Position numbers and translations under genes: made by a program
Notes under the pieces: generated by a model
Seen by the model: the letters and a program-made list of their open reading frames with translations, nothing else
The model's database searches: none
Told to the model about the DNA's origin: nothing
In this document: positions 28,862 to 43,421 of the stretch, piece after piece
How positions within the stretch are numbered: position 1 is the first letter of the stretch
How the letters are laid out: every line of letters starts with the position of its first letter
Assembly (NCBI GenBank): GCA_951406725.2
Contig: OX597832.1
Span: forward strand, 10,044,001 to 10,108,000
DNA length: 64,000 nucleotides
Direction of reading: 5' to 3'
Source: Octopus vulgaris
Lineage: Eukaryota

Positions 28862-29195
28862 AAACGGGTACATGAAAACCTACTCGTGTTATATGGGAAA
28901 GTAAAAGGAAACAAATTAAATGCACATTGCACACTAGGTATAAAACTAATGGATCGATTTTTATGAAACAAAAGTATATACATATAAATATTTTGTGGTA
29001 GAATGAAGACGTATAAAAATCATTATCATGAATCAGTATAGAATGTCGTACCGATATTGATATTGAAAGTCAATGAACAGCGGTGGCAAAACGAAATGGC
29101 TTTCTATTTTGACTCATGATAATGTTTTTTATACTTTTCACCTCAAATCACATATTTTAGTTGTTCATCTTTGCTATATATATCCATGTGTATGA

Positions 29196-29275
<80 letters not shown>

Positions 29276-29917
29276 TATAAGAGGCATATGTAATGCGTGT
29301 GTGTGTGAGTGAGAGAAATTCAAGTAGAATGTAACTATGGATATGTATGTACATGTGTTTCTTTATTGGGCGAGCACTTGTAATTTTGGGGGACTTGAGT
29401 ATCATAGTGAATGGCATTAAGGTGTAGGCCTGTGAGATCGTGAAGTAAAATTTTTGCTATGTATCCGTTGTGTTGCACTGTAATATAAATCATGTAATCT
29501 ACGGATCTATGTATATTTCCTCGTATGTTTAACTACATTTTAGAATGTGTGCGTGGGACATAAATCGCTACTTATCTGATATTTACAACCCTAGTTTACC
29601 ACGTTGCATATTTCATTTCCTGCAGTAAATCAGAAACTTTTTAAGAAAATAAACATAAAAGGAAGAATGAAGAAATATGGAAGAAATTCCAAAAATAACA
29701 ACTTACAATTTCAGCGATACTTCGATTTTGGTGAGTTTCACTTACCTGCAGAAAACAAAAATGTAAGATCGATAATAGAGCTGTGAGGAATAAGGAAAAC
29801 TGAGAAAACTAATTTTATTAAACATATACCTATACATATGTGTGTATGCATGTGTATGTGTGTGGTTGTGTGTTTGCTCGCGCGCTTTGTGTGTGTTTGT
29901 ATGTGTGAGTATATATG

Positions 29918-29988
<71 letters not shown>

Positions 29989-30265
29989 CAGGTGTGTGTG
30001 TAAATATATATGCATATCTTTACAGCACCTCAGTCCATAAAACACAAATACAGGCAACATATAGTAAACGGTTGTATTTTAAAATCTTGCCAAGAAATTC
30101 CGTTTGGTTGAAACGATATGTATTCCTATACACTAACGAAAAGACACACAGTCACAAACACGCACACACACAAACATACATTTACTCGATATCTGCAAAA
30201 ACGTGTGTATATATAAATGTATATTTTGAGATGTATATAATATATATATATATATATTATATATT

Positions 30266-31006
30266 TTGTTTTGACTAATCTTGAAACGTACGTTCTCAAA
30301 TAACCTTTGCATTTGATTTTTTGATGTCCTTACACCCAAACTTTTGTGAGTTGAGTCAAGCAAACACTATATGAGAGAGATTTTCTTTAAGTATTAGAAA
30401 TAGTTTTAAAAAGTTTTTTAGCTGCTATTTCTAATGAGTTCAGTATGCGTCAAAGTAATTTATTTTACTAAGCCCTTTTATATAATGTAATAATTTGAAT
30501 TCGCCTTGAATGGTCCCTTTGCATACTGAACACTTGGTGAAATTGATTAATAATTAATTAATTTTACCCTCAATTGTTGAAATTATAATTAATCTCCCTC
30601 TAATTAATACTTCGGATTTTACCGAAATAAGCATAGTGTTTGATGATTTTAACCCACGCTGGTGGAAAGGGGAGAACAGAAATTCTTCGCTTGCTTATTT
30701 GAATTCGTTGGCACTGTTAGTTACGAGCAGATCTTCGAAAGGGTATGTTCTTACTTTCAGTGTTTTCAAATCCAAACCAAGGAGTTTCTGAGCTGATGAT
30801 AGAAGTGTTGTTTTGACTATTCTCAAATAACCTTTGCATTTGATTTTTTGATGTCCTTACCCCCAAACTTTTGTGAGTTGAGTCAAGCAAACACTATATG
30901 AGAGAGATTTTCTTTAAGTATTAGAAATAGTTTAAAAAAAGTTTTTTAGCTGCTATTTCTAATGAGTTCAGTATGCGGCAAAGTAATTTATTTTACTAAG
31001 CCCTTT

Positions 31007-31013
<7 letters not shown>
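30266..31013 (+). mobile_element. direct repeat of ~200 bp (tandem pseudo-LTRs) between two (TA)n tracts, with a split hammerhead
   Basis: 30266-30486 is nearly identical to 30808-31013. Copy 1 has UCUU GAAAC GUAC GUU CUC. Copy 2 is preceded by GAG CUGAUGA UAGA but lacks ~15 nt including GAAAC. Confidence 0.8.
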
Positions 31014-31065
<52 letters not shown>

Positions 31066-31468
31066 CATTTTAAATGTATACAATGAATAAATATATGTGT
31101 GTGTTCATGTGTTTGAGTGTATTTGTGTGTGGTTGTATGTATATATGTCTGTGTTGTGTATGTGTATACATATATTCCCCCAAATATCCTTGCGTTCTCC
31201 CATGCTTGACTCTTCTTAGAATAGAACGAAATCTACAGTTAAATACTTTTCGCTTTTATATGCATGTATCTCTGTTCATCTATCTATAAATTTATCTGTC
31301 TGTCTGTCTGTATATATATATATATACTTTGCACTTTTAAACGGCGGGTTTTAGACATCAAATCTATGCGCGTTTTAGAGTATAGTTAAATCAAGAGATT
31401 TTCTTACAGTTTCCGGCAAAATGAAAATATCGATCACCAAAGATGGTTGAATACTTTATATATATATA

Positions 31469-31534
<66 letters not shown>

Positions 31535-32950
31535 TTATATAATTGATGTGTGTAAATAAAATCTCCGACATCTGTAAATTAATTACTATTCCAGATCTGC
31601 ATAATGTTTCCTCTTAGGCGTATTGTTTACAACGACAAAATTCCCAAAAAGCCAAGTATAGAAATGAATAACTAACTTAAATATTCAAAGCTCACATGCA
31701 ATCGAAATTTAGAAAAGGGTGTTAATTGTGAATGACTGTTACATATTTTCCTGTTTTCACTTTTTTACATCATTAAAAACTATGTGATGTTCTGTTCAAA
31801 TATACTGTATACTGAAAATATCTCATTTAATATATCTACTGGTTTATTAGTGCACTCCTTTGCTTGTGCAGAAAATGTGAACACATTAGACAATTCTCGA
31901 AGTATATCGGGCCGCTTAATTTCTACTCTGATACAAATGCTTTCAGATGTTTTACACTAATTTTACTATACCTAGCCGCAATCATATACCCCGTGAATAT
32001 CAAATGTGATTCCTTTATTCACGAATACTAAGGAGATACCAAGATCTCTCCTGGTCATTTTCCAAAAATTTAGACATCATGCTCTGACTGGAATGATACG
32101 GTCAGTAGGTAATGAGTACACGTTTATCATTCATATCCAGAAACGTAAAACTTATCTTGAGAGCTTGCTCAATGCCAAAATCTCTGTCTCTTCCACTCCA
32201 CATCCAGGCTGTTTAAGAAATATATATATTTCGTAGATAACAACGATGGAAAACATTCAGCACAAGTTGCAAATACTTATCTGACTAAATGCTACAACCG
32301 CTAAATTTAGTTATGAAATAACGTAGTACTAGCTCTTATCTTTTAGTTAACGCTAGGCTGCGTGTACTATGCATCATGCTTTGAACAAAGTCGAAATTCC
32401 CAGCGCAAAGGATTAGTTATCATACTTTCCAGAATTCAGAGCCCAGAATATTATGCACTTCATAATGTAATCTATGTAGGCTGTAGCACACTAAATGAGG
32501 TTGTGTTAACGGTTGAAATGTGTCTGATTAGTAATTTGATGTATTTCAATTATTTGTATCCAAATTAAAGTAATATTAATATTTGAAAAAAAAAAAAGCA
32601 TGCATTTATACACAAAGAACAAATCATTTGCAAAGATGGAATTTCACGTCGTTTCCTCATACTTTTGCAAAATATTCCATTCTATAATAGTGTTTGCTTT
32701 CCATATTCTGCATATTCTGCAAAACTTTTGACAAGAAAATTAAAGATTGCATAAAAAATATGTTCATAATAACATTAGAAATGATGCATGAATTTCAGAT
32801 AATGTGACAGCATATCATCTAAAATGGTATGTGATATAAGGATTATTTCTTTAGCTCTGACAAGATATTCCCTCGCAGGAAGCAGTTAATTTTTAACTAC
32901 TCTTATTTTCATATTTATCTTTATTTTTTTCTTTTCTATTTTATTTCCAG

Positions 32951-33034
32951 CTATTCTCTTATCAAAACAAAAGATTTCAAAAAAGACTAAGTCATGCTAA
33001 AGCACATAGAAAATGTCCTTGCACGTGGAAGTGA
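32951..33034 (+). other. weak candidate terminal coding exon
   Basis: Very long pyrimidine tract ending TTTCCAG (32950), then open phase-0 frame LFSYQNKRFQKRLSHAKAHRKCPCTWK*. No homology recognised. Confidence 0.25.
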
Positions 33035-33515
33035 CAAATATCAGGAATATAATTGTCATTAAAAAGGTTATTATCATAAACAGCATGGTCAGCAGTAGCA
33101 GCCATGCCGAAGTTGTCATCTTCAACATAATCGTAACAGCCATTGTCATCATCCTTATCCTCCTCATCATTGACATTACTGTCGATGTCAACATCATCAA
33201 CACTATCATTAAGAGCACCAACAGCAACAGTATGGGTAACATGTTTATCGTCTTCACCACCACAGTCATAGTCATGTCGTAAGAGTAACTATAATTGCCA
33301 CAACAATGTGTCACAACGAACAATGTTTACGTTAATATGATTTTCCCCGTGTGCATGATTTTTCACCAGAATTGCACTGGCTAGTCATTTTTTCCTGCGC
33401 ATATCCCTTTTCTAATTAAAATGAATAAACAAGAAGACAGCTGTTCTATGCTATTGTCATGAAGCTCATCGTTGTTATTATAAAGATCAAGGTCATGATG
33501 ATGATGCGGATGTTG

Positions 33516-33548
<33 letters not shown>

Positions 33549-33810
33549 ATATATAAATATATATATATATACATACACATATATATATATATTAGTTATT
33601 CTTTTACTTGTTTCAGTCATTTAATTGGCAACTATGATTTATTTTGCGTCTAGTACTTATTCTAGCGGACTGTTTTGGGAAATCACCAATTCACGGGCAC
33701 GTGAATACACCTACACTGTTCTGTAGCAGTGATGTGAGGTCACACAGTGTCAGAAAGCCACACATGACCACGCACGCACACTCACACATAGTTATACATA
33801 TATATGTATA

Positions 33811-33881
<71 letters not shown>

Positions 33882-33904
33882 GTATATACACAATATACAT
33901 ATAT

Positions 33905-33949
<45 letters not shown>

Positions 33950-33950
33950 T

Positions 33951-34016
<66 letters not shown>

Positions 34017-34018
<2 letters not shown>

Positions 34019-34267
34019 CAATGATAAATCTCAGAGCGAGTTATAAACATAGCGATAACACATCGTGACGCATATTTGCCATTTGAATATGGCTAACCCC
34101 TATGGGTGGATGCTACTGTAGTTTGTAGCCCCAGGAGGAGATATCATTCTGGGGCTACAAACTACAGTAGCATCCACCCTTAGGAGTTAGCCATATTTAA
34201 ATGGCAAATATGCGTCACGATGTGTTACCGCTACTGTTTATAGCTCGCTCTGAGATTTGTCATTGTT
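34017..34267. repeat. near-perfect ~250-bp hairpin element abutting (TA)n
   Basis: Arms 34017-34134 and 34149-34267 are reverse complements; same family as 2462-2824. Confidence 0.92.
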
Positions 34268-34388
34268 TGATTTCACTTTTTCAATATCAGTGTCAATCGA
34301 CACTGGAAAAGGTATATGTATTTGTGAAGGGAGCTGCCTTCTCGCCGACACCCATGATTGTCACACGCTGATGATAGGTAAATATGCG

Positions 34389-34435
<47 letters not shown>

Positions 34436-34756
34436 TGGACGTCTTTTCCTTTCCGTCTACCAAATCCACTTGCAAGGTCAGACTGAAGTCATAGACACAT
34501 GGCCAAGAAAGGGTTCACAATTAAAACATATGGGATTACTTTAGAGCATATAATTTACAATTCAAACGTAATTGCAGAGTTGCTAGAACAAATGAGAGAC
34601 TCCGAAATAATTTTAGTAACATACCGTTTCCCCATAGACAGTGAAATTCATCGTGGGGCTTATTTAATTATTTCCCTTTATGCTAAGAACAGATCAATTA
34701 TATCTGCATTTAATAAGTACAAATTTAACTGATATATTACACAAATCATAACTATA

Positions 34757-34787
34757 GGTAATAATAATAATAATAATAATAGCAATG

Positions 34788-34872
<85 letters not shown>
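34757..34872 (+). repeat. (TAA)n tract 5' of the Dong-like LINE
   Basis: Directly visible. Confidence 0.95.
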
Positions 34873-34873
<1 letters not shown>

Positions 34874-37458
34874 TTTTGGAAAAGTATTTGGAGTGACAAG
34901 AAGACGTACAACATAAATGTAGACTGGATTATACAAACTGAAGGATCTTACCAAAATTTACAACAACAAGCATGGGAAGACATCACAATAGCAGACCTCA
35001 GAAAGGCACTCACAAAGGCCCATAATTGGAAATCCCCCGGTAAAGATGGGGTGCCGAATTTCTGGCTCGCATCGCTCCCATGCGCACACGGTAAGCTAGT
35101 TCAGCTGCTCAATGGAATTATGAGAGACCCAAAGAAAACACCTGAATGGTTAACAAGTGGAATTACTTACCTACTCCCAAAGAATAACGAAACCAACCTT
35201 CCAAAAAACTATCGGCCTATAACCTGTCTATCCACCACGAAAATCCTAACATCTATCCTGGCGGAGAAAACATATGCATTCATGGAGAAGAACGATATTT
35301 TCCCCATTGAACAAGAAGGGTGCCGCCGAGGCACTTATGGATGCAGAGATCAACTGCTAATCAATCGTATGCTCCTTGAGAACTGTCACAACAAGCGCAG
35401 AAATCTCAGCACCGCATGGATTGACTACAAAAAGTCCTTCGACAGTATACCGCATCCATGGATCTTGAGATCGCTGGACATCTTCAAAATTTCCCCTGTG
35501 ATTTCAAACTTCCTGAAGCACAATATGTCGCTGTGGAATACGAATCTCCAATTATACCACTCTAATGGAGTACTTGCCTCAGAAAATATAAACATCAACT
35601 GTGGAATTTTTCAAGGTGACTCACTTTCACCTTTAATATTCTGCATAGCCCTAATACCCCTTACAAGTGCATTAAACAGAACAGGGTATGGGTATAACAT
35701 TGCCAATAAAAAATAAGCCATCTATTTTATATGGATGACTTAAAACTTTATGGTAAAGACAATAATGAACTTGAAGGCCTATTGCGCACCGTCAAAGCAT
35801 TCAGCGATGACATTGGGATGGAGTTTGGGCTTGAGAAGTGTGCCAAGGCCACTTTCCAGAAAGGGAAAGTGAAGACCACAAATTCAGTCGTGTTAGATGT
35901 TGACACAGTCATAAGAGAGCTTGAGCAAGAACAAACATACAAATATTTAGGGATAAATGAAGGCTCTGGTATTCAGCATGCAAGCATGAAAGAGAAAATC
36001 AGGAAGGAATTTTATAGGAGAGTTCGTGCAGTCCTGAAATCTGAACTAAATGCACGTAACAAGGTGTTAGCTATAAATTCCTTAGCAGTTCCAGTTGTTA
36101 CTTATAGCTACAATGTGTTGAACTGGAATATGAGTGAAGTAAAGAATATGGATAGAAAAATTCGCAAGCTGCTGAGTTGTAATAGGATGCACCACCCAAA
36201 GGCAGACGTAGATCGCCTTTACCTTCCCAGAGCCCAAGGAGGTCGAGGCCTGATCCAATTTGAACTAGCTTACAAAACAACCACAATTGGACTGGCCAAA
36301 TATCTCGAAATATCGAATGACTTGATGCTAAAGCTCGTGGAAAATCACGAGAGACGAAAGAAGCTTCATTCTATTATAAAGGAAAGCAAAAAATTTGCTA
36401 TTGATCTCGTGCAGGATACCCAAACTGAACAACCCGAGGGAAGTACGGCAACTATTGTTGCAAAGAAGGTGAAAATGATGGCAATGAAGAAAGCGCACGA
36501 GCAATTGGCTGATAGGTGGGAGGAGAAAGCTCTGCACGGCAAATATGTGACCCGCAGCAAACAAGCTGATGTTGACTAGAAGCAAACCCATCAGTGGCTA
36601 CGGAGCTCAGGGCTAAAAGCAGAGAGCGAAGGTTTCATCCTGGCTGTTCAAGATCAAAGCCTATTAACCCGGAACTACCAGGCCAATGTGATGAAAAATG
36701 GAGCAGACCCAAAATGCCGATTCTGCAACGATATGATTGAAACAGTGGACCACCTAATCTCTGGTTGTAAAGTCTTAGCACCAGTGGAGTATAAATTAAG
36801 ACATGACAGAGTTGGCCAATATCTCCACTGGCTAATAAGTCGGCATTACAATATCAAAACTGCCGACAAGTGGTATAATCACCACCCTGAGGCTGTAACT
36901 GAAGGAGAAAATGTAACCATTCTGTGGGACTTCCCAGTACATACAGACCGAACTATCAACGCCAATAAACCAGATATCGTTGTGAAAGACCAAAACAATA
37001 AAGTTTGCTTATTGATCGACATGAGTATCCCCTGTGATCATAATATCTCAGCGAAAGAGTTTGACAAGCTCAGAAAATATAAAGACCTACTCATTGAAAT
37101 TGAGAAAATGTGGCATCTCAAGGCGGTTACAATACCAGTGATCGTAGGAGCACTAGGAATGATCAAGAAGGGAACCAAAAAATATATGAGAATGATCCCT
37201 GGCTTACCATCCCTGCAAGAAGTGCAAAAGATTGTCTTAACTGGTACATCACACGTATTGAGAAGAGCATTGTCGATGTGAGAACTGTTGCTGCTCATGT
37301 ATTTTAATTTAACTTTAAAAAAATAAAAAATAAAAAATGAACGATCTACTGAGTTTGGTTTAATGGCCTACCAATGTATGCTATGAGTTTCTTTGCCCTA
37401 GGAGTCGGGAAGACACTCGGCAAGAAATGGAAGCAAATTTGAAAGAAGAAATAAAAAA

Positions 37459-37460
<2 letters not shown>
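34873..37460 (+). mobile_element. 5'-truncated R4/Dong-clade non-LTR retrotransposon (RT + CCHC + restriction-like endonuclease)
   Basis: FWKSIW, NYRPITCL, WIDYKKSFDSIPH, GIFQGDSLSP, YMDDLKL, RAQGGRGL, CRFC....ETVDHLISGC, RHD, KPDIV..LID..KY. One frameshift (~35710) and one TAG (36577). (TAA)n on both sides. Confidence 0.92.
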
Positions 37461-37730
<270 letters not shown>

Positions 37731-38019
37731 AATGCCCTGGTTCTGTACCAGGCAATGGCTCTCATGGCTTCTGATCTTAAATGATTGCAAGTGTTATCAT
37801 GTACATTATTTTGTCTTGGTATAAAAGATGGACTACAGCAAATATTCTACTCAATACCACAGAATTACTTGTTAGTTGTTTCAATTTATATCATATTCCT
37901 AAGTAGCTAATGATATGTGCATCTCTGATCACGAGTTGAAATAGTGGGGGAGCATCATAGCCATGTGTTGAGAAGAATTATTTGAAGGTTAGATAATTGT
38001 CCTTTGGAAACTTGCGTGT

Positions 38020-38169
38020 TTGATTCTCGCTGCACAAGACCAACGCTGACTACAAACAATTAAAAAAATAAAATAATGAAAATAGGTCTCAAACCAAATG
38101 CAGAATGTGCAACCAGCACAATGAGACAGTGGACGACCTCATCTCTGGCTGCCAATGTTTCTCAAGATT

Positions 38170-38204
<35 letters not shown>

Positions 38205-38230
38205 TGTGTGTGTGTGTGTATGTATGCATG

Positions 38231-38286
<56 letters not shown>

Positions 38287-39075
38287 AGACTATAGATATA
38301 TTCATACGTGTACATACACGACAAAGTAAGCAATTATATCCACTGGACAATATGCCAACATTACAACATAATAATTGACAAAAAGGTCTATAAGCTTGTG
38401 TCAAGGATGGTACAAGTCAACGATCAGGCCGTAATCATCTCGATATGCCGGTTCTAACGAAAAAGAAATCGAAGCTAATCGCCCAGATTTAATAGATAAG
38501 GATGGCGGGGCACCTGATTACTGATAGATATTACAGCCGTTTCTGATCAAAATATCGTCAAAAATTATAGTCGAAACATTCTCAAAGTAGAAAGACCTTG
38601 AAATTGCAGTATTAATAAGGTGGGGCATGAAGGTAAAAACAATACCAATAATTATTGTAGCATTGGGCATGATAAAAATACCCATGAACAAAAATGTTGA
38701 GGCTATATCTGGAACCTCAACATTAAACACTGTTCATAATATAGTCCAGTTAGGGACAATTCACATCCTAATCAAGACACTATCAATCCAATAATGCAAC
38801 CTAAACAAAACAACTCACAGATGCAATATTCTGTATAGAATTTACCCAGTGAAATGAGCTCCCACCCGCAAGCCACAAAGCATAACACACTATACACACA
38901 ATACAAGCGGTAACACCTCCATACTGTATAACAACTCCATACTGTACCAAGAAGAATTTGCACTGACTCAACAATAGAAAACAACAAAAAATGCTGCACA
39001 CACAGCAGCAACACGGCGGTGTAGCAGGTGTTGCAGTAGAAATGTGCAACATTTAATCAAATATTAAACAGTTAC
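38020..39075 (+). mobile_element. older decayed R4/Dong-like 3' fragment
   Basis: ILAAQDQ, CRMCNQHNETVDDLISGC, ANRPDLI, IPIIIVALG parallel the neighbouring element. Split by a microsatellite at 38171-38280 and followed by (TAA)n. Confidence 0.8.
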
Positions 39076-39077
39076 AT

Positions 39078-39252
<175 letters not shown>

Positions 39253-39878
39253 GGTTTAGCAGAATACAGAAATAATGATTTTTGTAACCACCTTCCCTAA
39301 CAGTAGTTTAGTAACCACCTTCCTTAAAAGTAGTCTCTCCTTCACTATGAGAACGTTATTGTCGTGTGGTTGTTAGTAGTGCCACTTATGATATAGTATT
39401 CTGTGACACACCTTTTATTTAATGGTTGATTTGCTTATTTTTATTTACGTCTGCACCTGCAACCTGTTTACCTTGCCCTTGGTGTGAAATTTAATTGACC
39501 AGTCGTAGAGATGGTACTTTGGCCAATTCTGTTACGTACAATAGGTGTTTGGTCTCTAGAAAATTTCAGTTAAGTTTTAATTAACTCTATTTACGAAATC
39601 ACAAGTACTATCACTTTTCTAGAATTATTCGCGATTCCTTCTTTACTTTAGCACTAGTTTTATTTTTTACTATTATTTATACATCCTGGTAGTCCTATAA
39701 AAAGAGATAACCCACAAATTATTTCTCTAGATTATATGCCAGTTTACTCTTTTGCCGATCGATTTAATCTTCACACTGCAAAACGGTATAATTCTAATAT
39801 ATTGAGCCTTTTTGTCTCATCTCCTGGCCCTGTTCTTTCCTCTTCACTATTCCTTGCTTTTATTTTATGTATTTGTAT

Positions 39879-39990
39879 TTACTCTGATGAAGCTCCATAT
39901 TTAAATGTGCTATAAAGATGACGTACATTATTTTCAGAATTTTCTTAGTAGCCACCGACTGACATTGGTAGCCGAAACGGCCTTAAGCAA
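39879..39990 (+). ncRNA. degenerate minimal hammerhead motif
   Basis: UUACU CUGAUGA AGCU..long loop..AGC C GAAAC GGCC UUA AGCAA. One mismatch in stem I and a G>U change at the cleavage triplet. Confidence 0.6.
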
Positions 39991-40673
39991 TGTTAAGTTT
40001 TGTATTAAACGATATTTGACCGACGTTGGTAAAATTGCTTTTTTACTTATCAAACGATTTCTCCATTTTCTGCTTATTTTAAAATTGATTCCTGATAAAC
40101 ACGTCTATATTCTGTATGCTTGCATACACATGCCCAGGTTTAACATAGTAATTAATACCGGTAGTGATAACTCTGTGTATATTCGTTGTTTTAAAATCTC
40201 ACTAATGTGTGTAGCATCATGCTTATTGTGTATTCAAGTTTGGTAAATAAATGTCTGTTGTTTACTTCCATTCTCACCTTGTGTGATTATTCTTTTCTGA
40301 GAGTCCATACATTCTGCCCTTCTATATCTACGTCAATATCATTTTTTTATAAAATCTGTCGACATTGCCACGGCAAACTTACTTCAGGAAACCTATAATG
40401 AAGTCCATTCCAAGCGCATACATTCTATCTCTATAGGAGATAATTTCTGTATTCTGTTACTTGAATTGTGGTGGACAAAGTGGGTAAAGCTTAAATTAAT
40501 TGTAAGAGATGTGTTATTTCTAGCAGGAGAATAAATGTTTCGCCCATCAATCTGCATGATTTTATATCAGGAACAAGCTATCATACATATTTATGGACAG
40601 AGGCAAACACTCGTGTGCAGTAACACACACTGAAACGCCTACTCTCACAAACACGCACACGCCAATATATATA

Positions 40674-40731
<58 letters not shown>

Positions 40732-43421
40732 GCGTGTGTGTGTGTTGTGTGAGTATGTGTGTGTGTGTATATATGCATTTATATATATATATATATATAT
40801 ATACATAGAGAGAGTGGGAGAGAACGAAAGAGAGAGAGAAAAAGGGACAAAGATGGGGAGATGTATATGACCTACCTATTGTTTATCATACAAGAAAGAA
40901 TTTTGAAATGGACATTTAAAGCAATTTATATATTAATAATAATGTTAACAGTATTTTTTGTCACAAAAAACATTTCTCACTTCCTCTCGTACTTCTTTTA
41001 GCTAAAGTTCACTTGTATTTTATATTCTATATATCTATTTTTAATTTATTTTAAACCTACACGTTTTTATTTGTCTTTTCAAAATCTTTTGTACAATAAA
41101 CAGCTGCAATATTTTTGCAAATTATTTATTACACAGGTTTTCTATGCCATTAAATGAATACTAACTACCAGATTTTTTGGCACTCATATAAATGTAATAT
41201 GTTTTAATATAAGTTTTATAGCATAATAACATCTTACTTCTCCGTCTGAAATATGTTTACCATTAATAATTGAATGCCTAAATCATATAATTCCAATCTT
41301 TTGTTTATACATTTTTGCGTTAATCAGAGACAATATATTTCTATTTTGCTGAACTGATTCCAAGAAATAGCACAAATTCTCCATTTCAAAAGTGTCGTTA
41401 AATTCTCATTATATAATTTATGTCTGTTATTGAGTGTCATATATATAAGTATGTGATAACATATTACTTGTATATGACGCATGATTTTAAATGCTATGCA
41501 CTTGATATTGTCCACCGTACTGATTTCACGAAGTCCATATACGCACCGACGTTTTCTCAAATACTGCAATTAGTCTGCAAGCAGGAGAAAGGTGGTAGTT
41601 TTGTATCTTAAGGATTGGCATTGGATGGATGTAGTCGTAATTGGTACTAAAAGAGAGTAAAATTATTGCTGCATTTAATATATTAAGTGTTCATTTAAAA
41701 AAGTTATCGACAACAGTTAGATCTATTTCAACTCATGATACTCGCGTTGCAATGTGTATAATGTCTTGTAGTTATACACAATTTACCCTTGACTATAGAC
41801 ATTACTCTTTAGAAATGTCTGTGCGTGTTGGATAATACAAGGAATTATGTAGAGTACATTAGTATTTGTAATAACTCTCCAAGATTTGTTGCACTATTTT
41901 TGATATGCATTTGCACTGTTTATGCTGACAATACGTTAGGATTATGTAATAAGGAAGCATTCTATGTGCATATGATCGATATTCTGAATAGTGTATAAAT
42001 CGATGCAGTGAACACATAGCTATTTATGAGTTTCTGTAAACACGGATTCTTTTCTTAGTGTCGTCTTACTACATCTCTCCTATTTTTTAAATGCATATTA
42101 TTACATGCGAGTTTCTTTTCTCATCCACCTTTTGGTGTAAATGTATTTGGCATGTTACAAATTCATGTCCATGATTTTGCTCTGCAATTGTTAAAATATT
42201 CATTCAGGTCATTTCTAGTTTTGGAAATGTATAGCGAAAAGAGTTTGCGTTATGACTACCCGTTAACCTTGTCTTCTTCAATAAATCGTTCAACGTCCAA
42301 GATATTATTGTGACATTTTGGAACGCATTACGGTTCTATTTGTACTTCTTCAGCAAATACGATGACTGCGTGCTGCTCATACAAATATATTTAGATACAT
42401 TGCAACTGATGTGGTCTTCAAGTATTTTATTATATAATGAAACACTTTTTATAGAATGAGACTGGTAATATTATTTTACTCTTCGCAATAATAATTATTC
42501 GCAAGTTTCACAGAAATTGCTGCCGAAATAGCGCTCAGTTTTAAAATTTAAATGTTCCACATATACTTACGTGAAGAGTACCTGTGTTTTCCCTATCGAT
42601 TGCCCATTCTAAATTATAAGCACAGAGAAGTATTCCTCTCAAGTAATGAATTCGTTTTCACAGAGAAAAAAGTGCAAAAAGCTTTATTTTTCAGTCTATA
42701 ATTGGATATGGTAAGCACCAACGAAATAAGTGCTTACATTATACTTTTATTTTCAGTGTTCAAGAATTTTCTGACGTCATTTAATTATTGTTGTTTTTTT
42801 TAAAGCATTTTAAGATAGCAATCAGTTTCACATTTACGTTTGAATAATTGCTCCTAGAGGGGGAATCGATTGCTGGAATAATACTTAATTTCATGCTTAT
42901 GAGTATAACAAAAAGCAATGAAAAATATAGAAAGGAATTTTTCGATATATTTTTATGCGATTTTCTGATTCTCACTTGGAAATTAAATTAGGAGATCAAG
43001 AGAGATTTCATCGAATTCAAGTTTTGCTTTGTGTATAAAGTAACACTTAAAATGTAAAAGAAAAAAGCAAATCTAGAAACATTTTGCATTTGGCATTGCT
43101 GAGGTAGTCTCATTTTTTTTTCTCTTGGTTTCTGCTGCCTTTCAAACGCTGAATTCTATGATACCGATTATAAAGAAATTATTCAGGACAGAAAACATTC
43201 ATAAACAAACTGGTAACCTTATTCGTCGAATTCTGCTCTAAAACACATGCTACCGCGCAAAATTGTAATTCAGAGATATTTCCATAAAACAGAATCATTC
43301 TATGGGTCTTCAGTTCATATTAAAGAAAATGATGTTAGAGAAATATGTTTTACTGATTAATGGCCAATACTTAAATTTGACCTGTTTAAACTCATTTACC
43401 TCTCTCTATCCCCTTTTTTCG

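Noticed and set aside
32997-33323. Hydrophobic ORFs resembling membrane proteins
   Set aside because: Decayed (CAT)n/(CAA)n trinucleotide repeat.
42664-42716. Possible micro-exon ending G|GTAAGC with acceptors at 42663 or 42694
   Set aside because: Too short to distinguish from chance in AT-rich DNA without transcript data.
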